The position numbers and the translations under genes were made by a program. This document shows positions 9,751 through 18,289 of a DNA stretch of 18,789 nucleotides, in pieces. Each line of letters opens with the position of its first letter. Positions within the stretch are counted from its first letter, which is position 1. Under the pieces are notes generated by a model. The model had not been told where the DNA came from. It saw only the letters and a list, made by a program, of their open reading frames with translations, and did not search any database. The stretch comes from Octopus sinensis (lineage: Eukaryota), in NCBI RefSeq assembly GCF_006345805.1, contig NW_021824428.1:1-18789 (forward strand), in the 5' to 3' direction.

Positions 9751-10351
9751 TCCGATCTTTTATATTTATTTGTGCATTTATTTATTCATTTATTCGAGCA
9801 GTTTGACTGTAGATAACATTAGCTAGTGTGAAACGAAGGCATATTTATTTGACTGCTATTTCTAGCGGGTTTAATGACCATACGAATGCTCCTGCATTGG
9901 CTCAACTGTAATCTAATACAATAAGAAACCAGAATGTGCGGCTGTAAACGGCTGAAACTACTGATTAATCGTTGCGTGTTTCGTTGGCTTGCAGAGTTTC
10001 TCAATTCGAATGGCTCCCACGAGAGTCGCTTAGAAAAAGAAAGAGCACTTCCGAGTTGATCACAACATAAAAACCGAAAACTTTTAACAGTGGCTCTAAG
10101 ACCTAATGGGTTATGGGATTAACAGACTGTGAGAAATATTTCTGCGCTGAGCTGAGATTGTTAAAAACCATGGCATATCAGATTTTGGAATAGAAATTTA
10201 CAAGGCGAACTATTTACTTTTTTAATGTAATTTTAGCTCTGATGTATTCTGCACCACACCGTTGTGTTTAACACTATGCAGCAAGCACCACATCGTTTTA
10301 GTACCGGCAATACGAGCTAGCGTAGCCTACATTACGAGGTTTCTACATTGT

Positions 10352-10518
10352 CGTTCCGAGTTCAAATCTTGCCGAGGTCGACTTTGCCTTTCACCCTTTC
10401 GGGGTCGATAAATTTAAGTACCAGTTACGCACTGGGGGTCGATGTAATCGACTTAATCCCTTTGTCTGTCCTTGTTTGTCCCCTTGGTGTTTGACCCCTT
10501 GTGGGTAGTAAAGAAATA
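10352..10518 (+). mobile_element. SINE family A' (ttgtctgtccttgtttgtcccc tail), 5'-truncated, first unit of a dimer
   Basis: Nearly identical to 10551-10717 and same subfamily as 13788-13948. Confidence 0.92.
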
Positions 10519-10717
10519 AGAATCGTTAGTACACCGAGCATAACGCTTAACGTTCTGAGTTCAAATTCTACCGAGGTCAACTTTGCCTTTCACCCTTTCG
10601 GGGGTCGATAAATTTAAGTACCAGTTACGCACTGGGGTCGATGTAATCGACTTAATCCCTTTGTCTGTCCTTGTTTGTCCCCTTGGTGTTTGGCCCCTTG
10701 TGGGTAGTAAAGAAATA
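10519..10717 (+). mobile_element. SINE family A', second unit of the dimer
   Basis: Starts with the partial head agaatcgttagtacaccgagcataacgctta joined to acgttctgag (short internal deletion). Followed by tacattgtcg (10720-10729), which also occurs at 10344-10353. Confidence 0.92.
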
Positions 10718-10819
10718 TATACATTGTCGCTGACTCAGCAGGAAATAGAGAAAATAGAGAAGCCCTCAAACCAGACGCTACTGTTAAAGAAGGTAAAACA
10801 TAGAAGATAAATGTAATCT

Positions 10820-10889
10820 AGGATGGTCGAGTTTGGAAAGCCTTTACTCATAAGTCTGCAAGATTAAGCATGAGCTGGGTTTAAACAAT
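10820..10889 (+). mobile_element. Family D short copy, diverged
   Basis: ggatggtcgagtttggaaagcctttactcataagtctgc..gagctgggtttaaacaa matches the reverse complement of 9666-9750. Confidence 0.55.
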
Positions 10890-10907
10890 ATCTTACATTG
10901 GTAGGAT

Positions 10908-11335
10908 CTACTTAAGCATTTAGCTCTCTGCGGTGCATAGGCCATCGACGACTTACTTCCACTGTTCTACACTCTAGGTTATGTTATTTGCTTTTTTCCA
11001 TTTAAATCTCCACTTTTTCAGCTCTGTCTGCGGCTTCCTTTCAAAATTTGTTGCACTGCATCGCGTTTCCTTGCGAGAAGGCCTTCTTCTCCTAAGTCTC
11101 ACTGGTTTTAAATTGTCATCGATGCTTCTCTGTCTCTGCTTTATCTTTTCAAGGTAGGGGTGTTCACCGTACGCAAAATCATTCTCACCTCTAGGAAGTG
11201 ATAATTTATATTAGTCTTCTTTCTATCCTAGGACCTGTCCAGCATGAGAAGCCCTACCGGGAGCTTGTACTCTAGTAGCATGGTTCTCAGGGTCATTCAG
11301 CCACACAAATCACCACACTGCAACAAGGACTAGAC
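10908..11335 (-). mobile_element. Probable bipartite RTE-clade derivative (5' UTR joined to ORF end and 3' end)
   Basis: Minus strand 10970-10918 reads VEQWK*VVDGLCTAES*, like the RTE C-terminal WR.xVDGLC motif. The segment 11145-11330 (aaggtagggg...gacctgtccagcatg..ccctacc.ggagc...ctcagggtcatt..gccacaca..caacaagg) resembles RTE 5' UTRs (from memory). Confidence 0.55.
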
Positions 11336-11457
11336 TTTATGAGAGGGAAAGGACGTTGTAAAAGGGGACGTTAATTCCTGATAGATTGATAAGAAGGACG
11401 CCATTAAGACATACGGCGTGACATATGTATCAATGCCTTCGTACGTAAGATCGATCG

Positions 11458-11492
11458 ATCGATCAGGACTGAGCTGGGGTTAAAAAATCAAT
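11458..11492 (+). mobile_element. Family D tail fragment
   Basis: gatcaggactgagctggggttaaaaaatcaa. Confidence 0.45.
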
Positions 11493-11684
11493 ACCGTTTA
11501 CGTTTTTGTTGTTGATGTTGGTGCTGGGTCTTAACTCTGAACGGAGTCGTAGGTGCACCATCTTTGCTCTCGGTGTGACGCGAACATTTAGAATCTAGCA
11601 GAACTCATCCCCCTCCACTAGGTCAGAATGCAACTTATTTCTTGTTCAAAAAGCGTGAGAGTGAGAAAGAAAAATCTACCCCTA

Positions 11685-11812
11685 TATACTTTATATATCG
11701 ACCCCGAAATGCTGAAAGACAAAGCTCACGTCGGGTAGTTTCAATTCAGAGTGCTGAGAGCCGGAGCGAATGTTACGAGGTACTTTATCCGTTGCCGGAA
11801 TGACTCTGCCAT
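11685..11812 (-). mobile_element. SINE family A, decayed
   Basis: Reverse complement contains ggcagagtcatt... ctctgaattgaaact..gagctttgtctttcagcatttcggggtcgatatataaagta. Confidence 0.6.
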
Positions 11813-12018
11813 TTTGATAGTATCTCAAGCCGTCATACCTTTGAAATTATCTTCCTCATTCCTTGTGTGGAAGAATTCGGTTGTATTCAGACTTGCTGTA
11901 AGAGAATGAGCTCTGATAGATTTTGAATACCCAAGTCGTGCCAAGTGACAGCTTAGCGTCCCTACGACTCCGTCAAGAGTTAAGGTCCAGAGCCAACATC
12001 AGCAATAACGTAAGCGGT

Positions 12019-12092
12019 GTTGCTTGTTTAGCCCCAACGCAAACCTGATCGATCAGTCTTACAAACAAAAGCATCCAAGCCATAACCGTCCT
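12019..12092 (-). mobile_element. Family D short copy
   Basis: ttgtttagccccaacgcaaacctgatcgatcagtctt..caaaagcatccaagccataaccgtcc, same orientation as 9666-9750. Confidence 0.55.
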
Positions 12093-12162
12093 GAATTTTT
12101 TCCAGTCTTTGTACACACAGAAATGCATTTAAGCAATGCACTTCCCCTCCTTTATCCACAGT

Positions 12163-12356
12163 ATTCTTTTTTTTTCTTTCATTTGTTTCAGTCGAGCAAA
12201 TAGACCCCAGGACTTATTCTTTGTAAGCCTAGTTCTTATTCCATCGGTTACTTTTGCCGAGCCGCTAAGTTACGGGGACATAAACACACACACACCACAC
12301 ACACACACACACAAACGCACACATACACTCACACAGACACACACACACACACACAT

Positions 12357-12403
<47 letters not shown>

Positions 12404-12521
12404 CGGCGGACTTCTTTCAGTTTCCGTCTACCAAATCCACCAGGCTTTGGTCAGCCCGAGGCTATACCTGGAACCATGTGGCTGGTAAGCAAGCTACTTA
12501 CCACACAACCACTCCTGCGCA
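12163..12521 (-). mobile_element. SINE family B with a long internal (CA)n(TA)n tract and two internal deletions
   Basis: Matches 1-156 and 2192-2820. Lacks 38 bp at 12193 and 41 bp at 12466 relative to those copies. Confidence 0.9.
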
Positions 12522-12661
12522 TTTTAATTAATGAAGCACTACATATGTTTCAAAAATGACAATTGTTTACGTTTCCTACGTATATCAAATTACACAACCA
12601 ATAGATGGCTAAAACCTGTATCGTTTATTATGAGACACATTACCAAAGCAGCATAATAGCT

Positions 12662-12825
12662 GATTCGTTAGAACTTTGGCAATATTTAGCGATATTTCTT
12701 CCGGTTTAGCGTTTTCAGTTCAAATTCCGGCGAGATCGACAGAAGTAGCAGTTGCAAACTGGAATCGATGTAATCGACTAGTTACCTCCAGAATTTCAGG
12801 CTTGGTACCTATCGTAGAAACAATT
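12662..12825 (+). mobile_element. SINE family A, diverged, central block deleted
   Basis: gattcgttag...atttagcgatatttc..gcgttttcagttcaaattccggcgagatcgac joined directly to agaagtagcagtt..atcgatgtaatcgact..aatttcaggctt. Confidence 0.7.
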
Positions 12826-12925
12826 TTTCAATATATCCACCTTCTAAGGTGCGTGCCCATGGCCTATTGGTGACGGTTCGGTTCATGGTATCAAAATCAA
12901 GAATTCAATGCCATAATCAAGTCAC

Positions 12926-13051
12926 TTTGCTTCAAGCTGCTCCAATCTTCTCAACTGTAAACGTGTACCATCCAGTTGCTGGTTCATCCCTTTTCTCCCT
13001 TCATCTGTTGGGTCCACGTTGCGGGGCCAAGAGGATGTTTCATAGGCAACT
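12926..13051 (-). CDS. Candidate 126-nt internal exon, product unrecognised (VAYETSSWPRNVDPTDEGRKGMNQQLDGTRLQLRRLEQLEA)
   Basis: Acceptor-like tctttctctatatataaag, donor-like aa|gtgact, symmetric phase 2-2. The open frame is bounded by stops that fall in the two splice signals. About 48% GC by hand count against an AT-rich upstream flank. No homology recognised. Confidence 0.22.
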
Positions 13052-13787
13052 CTTTATATATAGAGAAAGATATATTTTATTCGCTTGACCATCGAAATTC
13101 TTTGACATGCTATTATCGTCAAGAATATACGAAGAATTTAAACTCAAGATATTTCTCTTAATCTTTTATGAACTCATTTAATATTAAATTTCAGCTGTGT
13201 GTAACACTGTTTCGTTTTATTGCTATAATGTACTACAGATCGCTGGTATAGATTTATTAGCCAACTCTGTCAAACCACGAATGTTAACAATGCAGCTATG
13301 CAATAAAGAGAACAGCTGTATTTGTCCGCATCATTGTAAGCAACTGTGCATCCTCCTTAACTACATGGCTTATAAAGCCACGGATATCTAATACAGGTAC
13401 ACCATCGATATTCCGGCAACTGATGGTCAAGCACCTCTTTTAACCTGAATAAACTACGAAGAAGAACTTGAAAATCTGGTTCGCCGCCAGTCTCGTTCAC
13501 TGTGTGAGCACAGGTGGCGTTGCGTGAAACCGTGTATTTTCAATGTTTGTTTACACCTTCCTTGGTGATACTTAAATATTTGAGACAGATTCTCTGCTTA
13601 TTTAGCCGAAAGTGACCTTCAGCTCTGGCTGACACAAGTGATAGAACTGAGGACGTCAGTGGTTGTGTCAAACATAAATATCAAACCACATCGGTTAAAA
13701 AGGAGACAGTGGTGTTTCGGTACGTAAACTGTATTATATCTATCACATTGGAGATAAATGATAGCTTGGTTAGATGTTGATGTATTA

Positions 13788-13948
13788 TTCTGAGTTCAAA
13801 TTCCGCCGAGGTCGACTTTGCCTTTCATCCTTTTGGAGTCGATTAAATAAGTACCAGTTACGCACTGGGGTCGATACAATCGAATTAATCCATTTGTCTG
13901 TCCTTGTTCGTCCCCTCTGTTTCGCCCATTGTGGGTAGTAAAGAAATA
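13788..13948 (+). mobile_element. SINE family A', 5'-truncated
   Basis: ttctgagttcaaattccgccgaggtcgactttgcctttcatcc...gtgggtagtaaagaaata, running into (AAT)4. Confidence 0.9.
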
Positions 13949-13958
13949 ATAATAATTA

Positions 13959-14030
<72 letters not shown>

Positions 14031-14101
14031 GTTATTATTATTATTATTATTATCATCATCATCATCATCATCATCATATATTATTATTATTATTATTATT
14101 A

Positions 14102-14134
<33 letters not shown>

Positions 14135-14151
14135 GTATTGTTATTGTTATT
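13945..14151. repeat. Compound (AAT)4/(ATT)n/(ATC)8/(ATT)n microsatellite
   Basis: Direct inspection. It accounts for the poly-I/Y/N/H ORFs at 13796-14281. Confidence 0.95.
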
Positions 14152-14703
14152 ATTGAGTCAGAGTAATGCATACCATCAAAGTGACACTGGGGTACAAATA
14201 AGCGAAGCTCAATATACTCATCATGACCACCCGTCTGAGAAGAGTACGCTAGGTACATGCATCACAACCATATGTGCGTAACATGGTGACCTTATATCAA
14301 AATAAACGCCGCATGACCTTGCAGGTGGAGCCCAGTTAGAACTATCTTCACGTTGAGTAGCTCACCCCGCTCAAACAGTCCCTGAATGAGGGTTGTTTAA
14401 AGATGATGAACAAAACACCCATATTCCCAGAGGTGAATTATTCAAACCCTCAAAAATTCCTCTCAACACATGGCTATGAAGCTCCCCTACTACTTCTTCT
14501 CGTGATCGGAGACGCATATATTGTCAGTCACTAAGGGACATTGCTCAATTGGTTAAGGTCATGTAATTGACAAGCAAGTCTGTGATATTGAGCAGAATAT
14601 TTGCCGTAACCCATCTTTTTACAGCAACACAAAACATGTACATGATAACACATCCAATCAGTTAAGATGAGAAGTCATGAGAACCAGTGCCTGGTACTGC
14701 ATC
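14152..14703 (-). mobile_element. About 550-bp non-coding interspersed element within TAA-type microsatellite; putative non-autonomous Dong/R4 partner
   Basis: Unique-looking sequence with microsatellite on both sides. On the minus strand it ends ...gactcaataataacaataac. Parts of it recur at 15034-15085 and 16142-16161. Orientation and partner status are inferred. Confidence 0.6.
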
Positions 14704-14742
14704 ATCATCATCATCATCATCATCATCATTATTATTATTATT
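14701..14742. repeat. (ATC)9(ATT)5 microsatellite
   Basis: Direct inspection. Confidence 0.95.
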
Positions 14743-14864
14743 TTCATTAGCATCTTTCAATTCTGTTTCCATTTTTTACCGAGTGTCTTCGTGACACCTC
14801 AAGCAGAGAAACGTACTGTATACATTGGTAGGCCATTAAAACAAACACATCAGAGTATTTATTT

Positions 14865-15200
14865 GGGCGACCAAAACTTTGTGAGTGGATGTGGTAGACG
14901 GAAACTGAAAGAAACCCGTCGTATATGTGTGCGTGTGCGTGTGTGCGCGCGTGTGGGTGTGCGCGCGTGTGTGTGTTTGTTTTTATGTCTGTATTTGACC
15001 CCCCACCCAACATCGCTTGACAACCGATGCTGGTTGTTATTATTGAGTGAGAGAGTAATGCATGCCATCAAAGTGACACTGAGGTTAGGCTTACAAAGAA
15101 TAAGTTCTGGGTCGATTTCCTAGACTGAAGGCGGTGCTCCAACATGGCCGCAGTCAAATGACTGAAACAAATAACAGAAAAAAAGAAAAGAAAAAGAAAA
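14865..15200 (+). mobile_element. SINE family B, 5'-truncated, with a foreign 52-bp patch
   Basis: gggcgaccaaaactttgtgagtggatgtggtagacggaaactgaaagaaacccgtcg, then a GT/GC microsatellite, the tail, and A-rich sequence to 15200. Positions 15034-15085 replace about 55 bp present in other copies. Confidence 0.88.
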
Positions 15201-15224
15201 TACAGGCGGAAAAGGAAAGAAAAT

Positions 15225-16141
15225 CCACAGCGACAATGCTCTTCTCAATACGTATGACTATTCAGTTAAGACAATCTTTTGCACTTCCTGCCTGGATGGT
15301 AAGCCTAGGATCATTCTTAAGTAATTTTCGGTTCCTTTTTTGACCATTCCAAGTGCTCCTACTATCATTGGTAAACTAACCGTCTTGAGATGCCACATCC
15401 TTCCGATTTCGATTAACAAATCTTTATATTGTCTGAGTTTATCAAATTCTTTTGCCGAGATATTATGATCATGAGGTATGATCATGTCAATCAATAAACA
15501 TACCTTATTGGTTTTGGTCTTTCACAACAATATCTGGTTTATTTGCCTTGATGGTTCGGTCTGTACCTACTGGAAAGTCCCAAAGAATCATTACGTTTTC
15601 TCCCTCACTTACAGCCTCAGGGTGTTGCTTGTACCATTTGTCAACAGTTTTGATTTGATAATGCTGACACATTATCCAATGTAGATATTGGCCAACACTG
15701 CCATGTCTTGATTTGTACTCTACAGGTGCTAAAACTTTACATCGAGAGATTAGGTGGTCGGCTGTTTCTATCCCATCATTGCAGTATCAGCACTTTGGGT
15801 CTACACCATTTTTCATCACATTGGTTTGATAGTTCCGGGTCAATAAGCTTTGATCTCGGTCAGCCAAGATAAAGCCTTTACTCTGTACCTTTAGCCACTG
15901 ATAGATCTGCTTCTGGTCTACATCAGCTTGTTTGCTACGGGCCACATATTTGCCATGCAGAGGTTTTTGTTCCCACCTATCAGCCAATTGTTCAAGCACA
16001 TTTTGCTTTGCTATTGATTTCACGTTCTTTGCAACAACAGCTGCCGATCTTCCCTTGGGTATCATGCATAAACTCACTTGAAAACTTTTTGCTCTCCTTC
16101 ATGACAGAATGAAGCTTCTTACGTCTTTCATGGTTTTCATC
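15225..16141 (-). pseudogene. C-terminal part of an RLE-type LINE ORF (linker, CCHC zinc knuckle, restriction-like endonuclease)
   Basis: Manual translation: WEQKPLHGKY...RDQSLLTRNYQ...PKC*YCNDGIETADHLISRC (CX2CX8HX4C), RHGSVGQYLHW, ILWDFPVGTDRTIKANKPDIVV, frameshift, CLLIDMIIPHDHNISAKEFDKLRQYKDL...IVGALG...E*SYVLRRALSL. Contains several stops and frameshifts. Confidence 0.92.
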
Positions 16142-16164
16142 GATGATGAACAAAACACCCAAGT

Positions 16165-16182
16165 TTATTATTATCATTATTA

Positions 16183-16232
<50 letters not shown>

Positions 16233-16244
16233 TATTATTATTAT
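16165..16244. repeat. (TTA)n microsatellite
   Basis: Direct inspection. Confidence 0.95.
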
Positions 16245-16440
16245 AGGGAGCGGGTTAGCAGAATTGCTATCACGCCGTCCGTTTTTACGTTCTGAGTTCA
16301 AATACCACCAAGGTCGGCTTTAGCTTTTATTCTTTGATCGATCGATAAAATAAGTACCAGTTTCACACTGGTGTCAATGTAATCGACAATCCCATCCCCC
16401 CCAAATTCCAGGCCTTGTGCCTACTGTAGAGAGGATCACT
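16245..16440 (+). mobile_element. SINE family A, unit 1 of a head-to-tail trimer (deletion in head)
   Basis: agggagcgggttagcagaattgctatcacgccg joined to tccgtttttacgttctgagttcaaat, with tail ggccttgtgcctactgtagagaggat. Confidence 0.85.
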
Positions 16441-16637
16441 AAGGCGACAGGATAGCAGAATGGTTAGCACGCCGGACGAAATGCTTTAGCGGCATTTCGT
16501 ACGACTTTACGTTCTGAGTTCAAATTCCACCGAGGTCGACTTTGCCGTTGATACTTTCGGGGTCGATAAAATAAATACTAATATTGGAGTCGATCTAACT
16601 TGCTTGCCTTGAGCCAAAATTTGAAACAATTATTACT
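16441..16637 (+). mobile_element. SINE family A, unit 2 (different tail)
   Basis: aaggcgacaggatagcagaatggttagcacgccggacgaaatgc..., with tail tgcttgccttgagccaaaatttgaaacaattattac. Confidence 0.85.
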
Positions 16638-16852
16638 GAGGCGGCGAGCTGACGACTGTTACCAGGCCGCGCAAAATGCTTAGCAACATTTCGTCCGTCC
16701 TTACGATCTGAATTCAAATTCTGCGAGGTCGACTTTGCCTTTCATTCTTTCAGAATCGATGAAATAGTACCATTGAAGTACTGGGATCGATGTAATCGAC
16801 TGACCCCTCCTCCCGCAGAAATTCAGGTCGCGTACTTATTGTAGAAATCATT
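16638..16852 (+). mobile_element. SINE family A, unit 3
   Basis: gaggcggcgagctgac...gaggtcgactttgcctttcattc...gatcgatgtaatcgactgacccctcc...gtagaaatcatt. Confidence 0.85.
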
Positions 16853-17461
16853 CGTAAGCAGAGGACAAGATAAGCTGTCCCTGTTATTGAAGCAAAGATG
16901 AATTAGTAAGAGGGGTCCTTTAGTGGGTCCTCAGCCATGGGAATTCTTATGTCAGATGACTCAGAATGTCATACATTGATCAACTCTCTTGTAATGTCAG
17001 GCCACAAATGGAAGACAGAAACGCTTGGAGAGAAAAAGGGGTTTTGGTCCGAGTAACCCGCCCCAAACGACAGACAGATATCAAGAACTATTTTACAACA
17101 CAATTCATACCTTCTTTTTGCATGCTTGATGTGTAATTCGAAGTGTATTTGGCTGTTATTCATTTCAGGGTGAGCGACAAAGTAGAGAGGTTGTCTCCAT
17201 CCATAGCTCGCTTCTCAATTAAATGTTTCAGAAGGTCGCTGGGCGCTGGTAAAAGCAAAATCTGCTATGGCGGAGTAGAGGCCGCGACCTAGTTATAATT
17301 TCTGGTGATGGCCGTTTTTATTTCACATATTGCCTGTGCCTAATGACATTGAGGAAAAGAATATGAATGAACATAACACAATCTTGTTTATTCATCCATA
17401 TGTAATTGAAGCCTTTTGCTCAACCTAAAAATCACTACTCCGAAATGTCGTATGTGTTTGT

Positions 17462-17492
17462 GAGAGAGACAGACAGACAGACAGAGAAAGAG

Positions 17493-17538
<46 letters not shown>

Positions 17539-17780
17539 CTTACACACAAACATATATACACACATGTATATATACATACATGTGTTCATATATATATATA
17601 TATATATGTACATAAATATACATAAATAAAAATATATGTATATATATATTTGTAAAGAGTAAAGAGAGTATATATGTATATGTGCGTGTGTGTGTGGTTG
17701 TGCGCGCGCGTGTGTGTGTGTGTGTGTGTGCGTGTGTGTGTATGTGTGTGTGCGTCTGTGTGTGTGTGTGTGTGTGCGCG
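17462..17780. repeat. Compound microsatellite (AG, AGAC, GT, AT, GC)
   Basis: Direct inspection. It accounts for ORFs 17406-17997. Confidence 0.95.
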
Positions 17781-17889
17781 TGCTCTTCATCTCTTCCTTT
17801 TCGTTCACTTCAGAACGCGAGACCCATTCTTCCTCCCGCGGTCAGTTTTGTCAACTACCATGTATTACTACCGCAATAAAAATCCCACA

Positions 17890-17972
17890 ACCAGCAACCG
17901 ACCACACCCAACGAAAATGACCACCACCCCCACCCCACCACCACCACCAACATCACCTCTAACAACAACAAC
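17890..17972. repeat. (CCA)n/(ACA)n low-complexity tract
   Basis: Direct inspection. Confidence 0.8.
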
Positions 17973-18289
17973 AAAATGTAAAGAAGGTTATAGCTAATAA
18001 AAATGCCAATGATGGTTATAGCTAATAAAAATGACGATTGTGTGCAGGAAAGATTAAATGAAATATTTCTCCGTTTCCTAATATTGCTGGTTTATATGGA
18101 CCTAAAGCTAATTGCCCGCCCAGTTGACCACAACTGGCCAATACAGCGTCGTTCGACCATCTTTGATATCCGTTCATTCTTGATATCCTTCGCAGCCTCC
18201 GTTGTATTTCTCTATCCTTCTCTTTCCTCTCTATCACATTAATTCTCCCTCTCTATTTCTTTCTGCCTATCTATATCTCCCTATTTTTC

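Larger units (their letters stand above)
14743..16141 (-). mobile_element. 5'-truncated R4/Dong-clade non-LTR retrotransposon, interrupted by a family B SINE
   Basis: Coding relic at about 15225-16141. The segment 14743-14864 is the inferred 3' UTR ending in (AAT)5. An (ATT)n tract lies at the 5' side (16165-16244). Confidence 0.75.

Noticed and set aside
13197-13568. 124-codon plus-strand frame with only two internal stops (possible pseudogene)
   Set aside because: No recognisable family, and it is not convincing after allowing for six frames across the window.
14689-14701. cctggtactgca resembles U2 snRNA stem-loop IV (cctggtattgca)
   Set aside because: An 11/12 match only, with no further U2 similarity on either side.
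17169-17248. Possible 80-nt plus-strand exon (catttcag|...ctg|gtaaaa) with one open frame
   Set aside because: The peptide VSDKVERLSPSIARFSIKCFRRSLGA is unrecognised, the donor is only moderate and nothing corroborates it.
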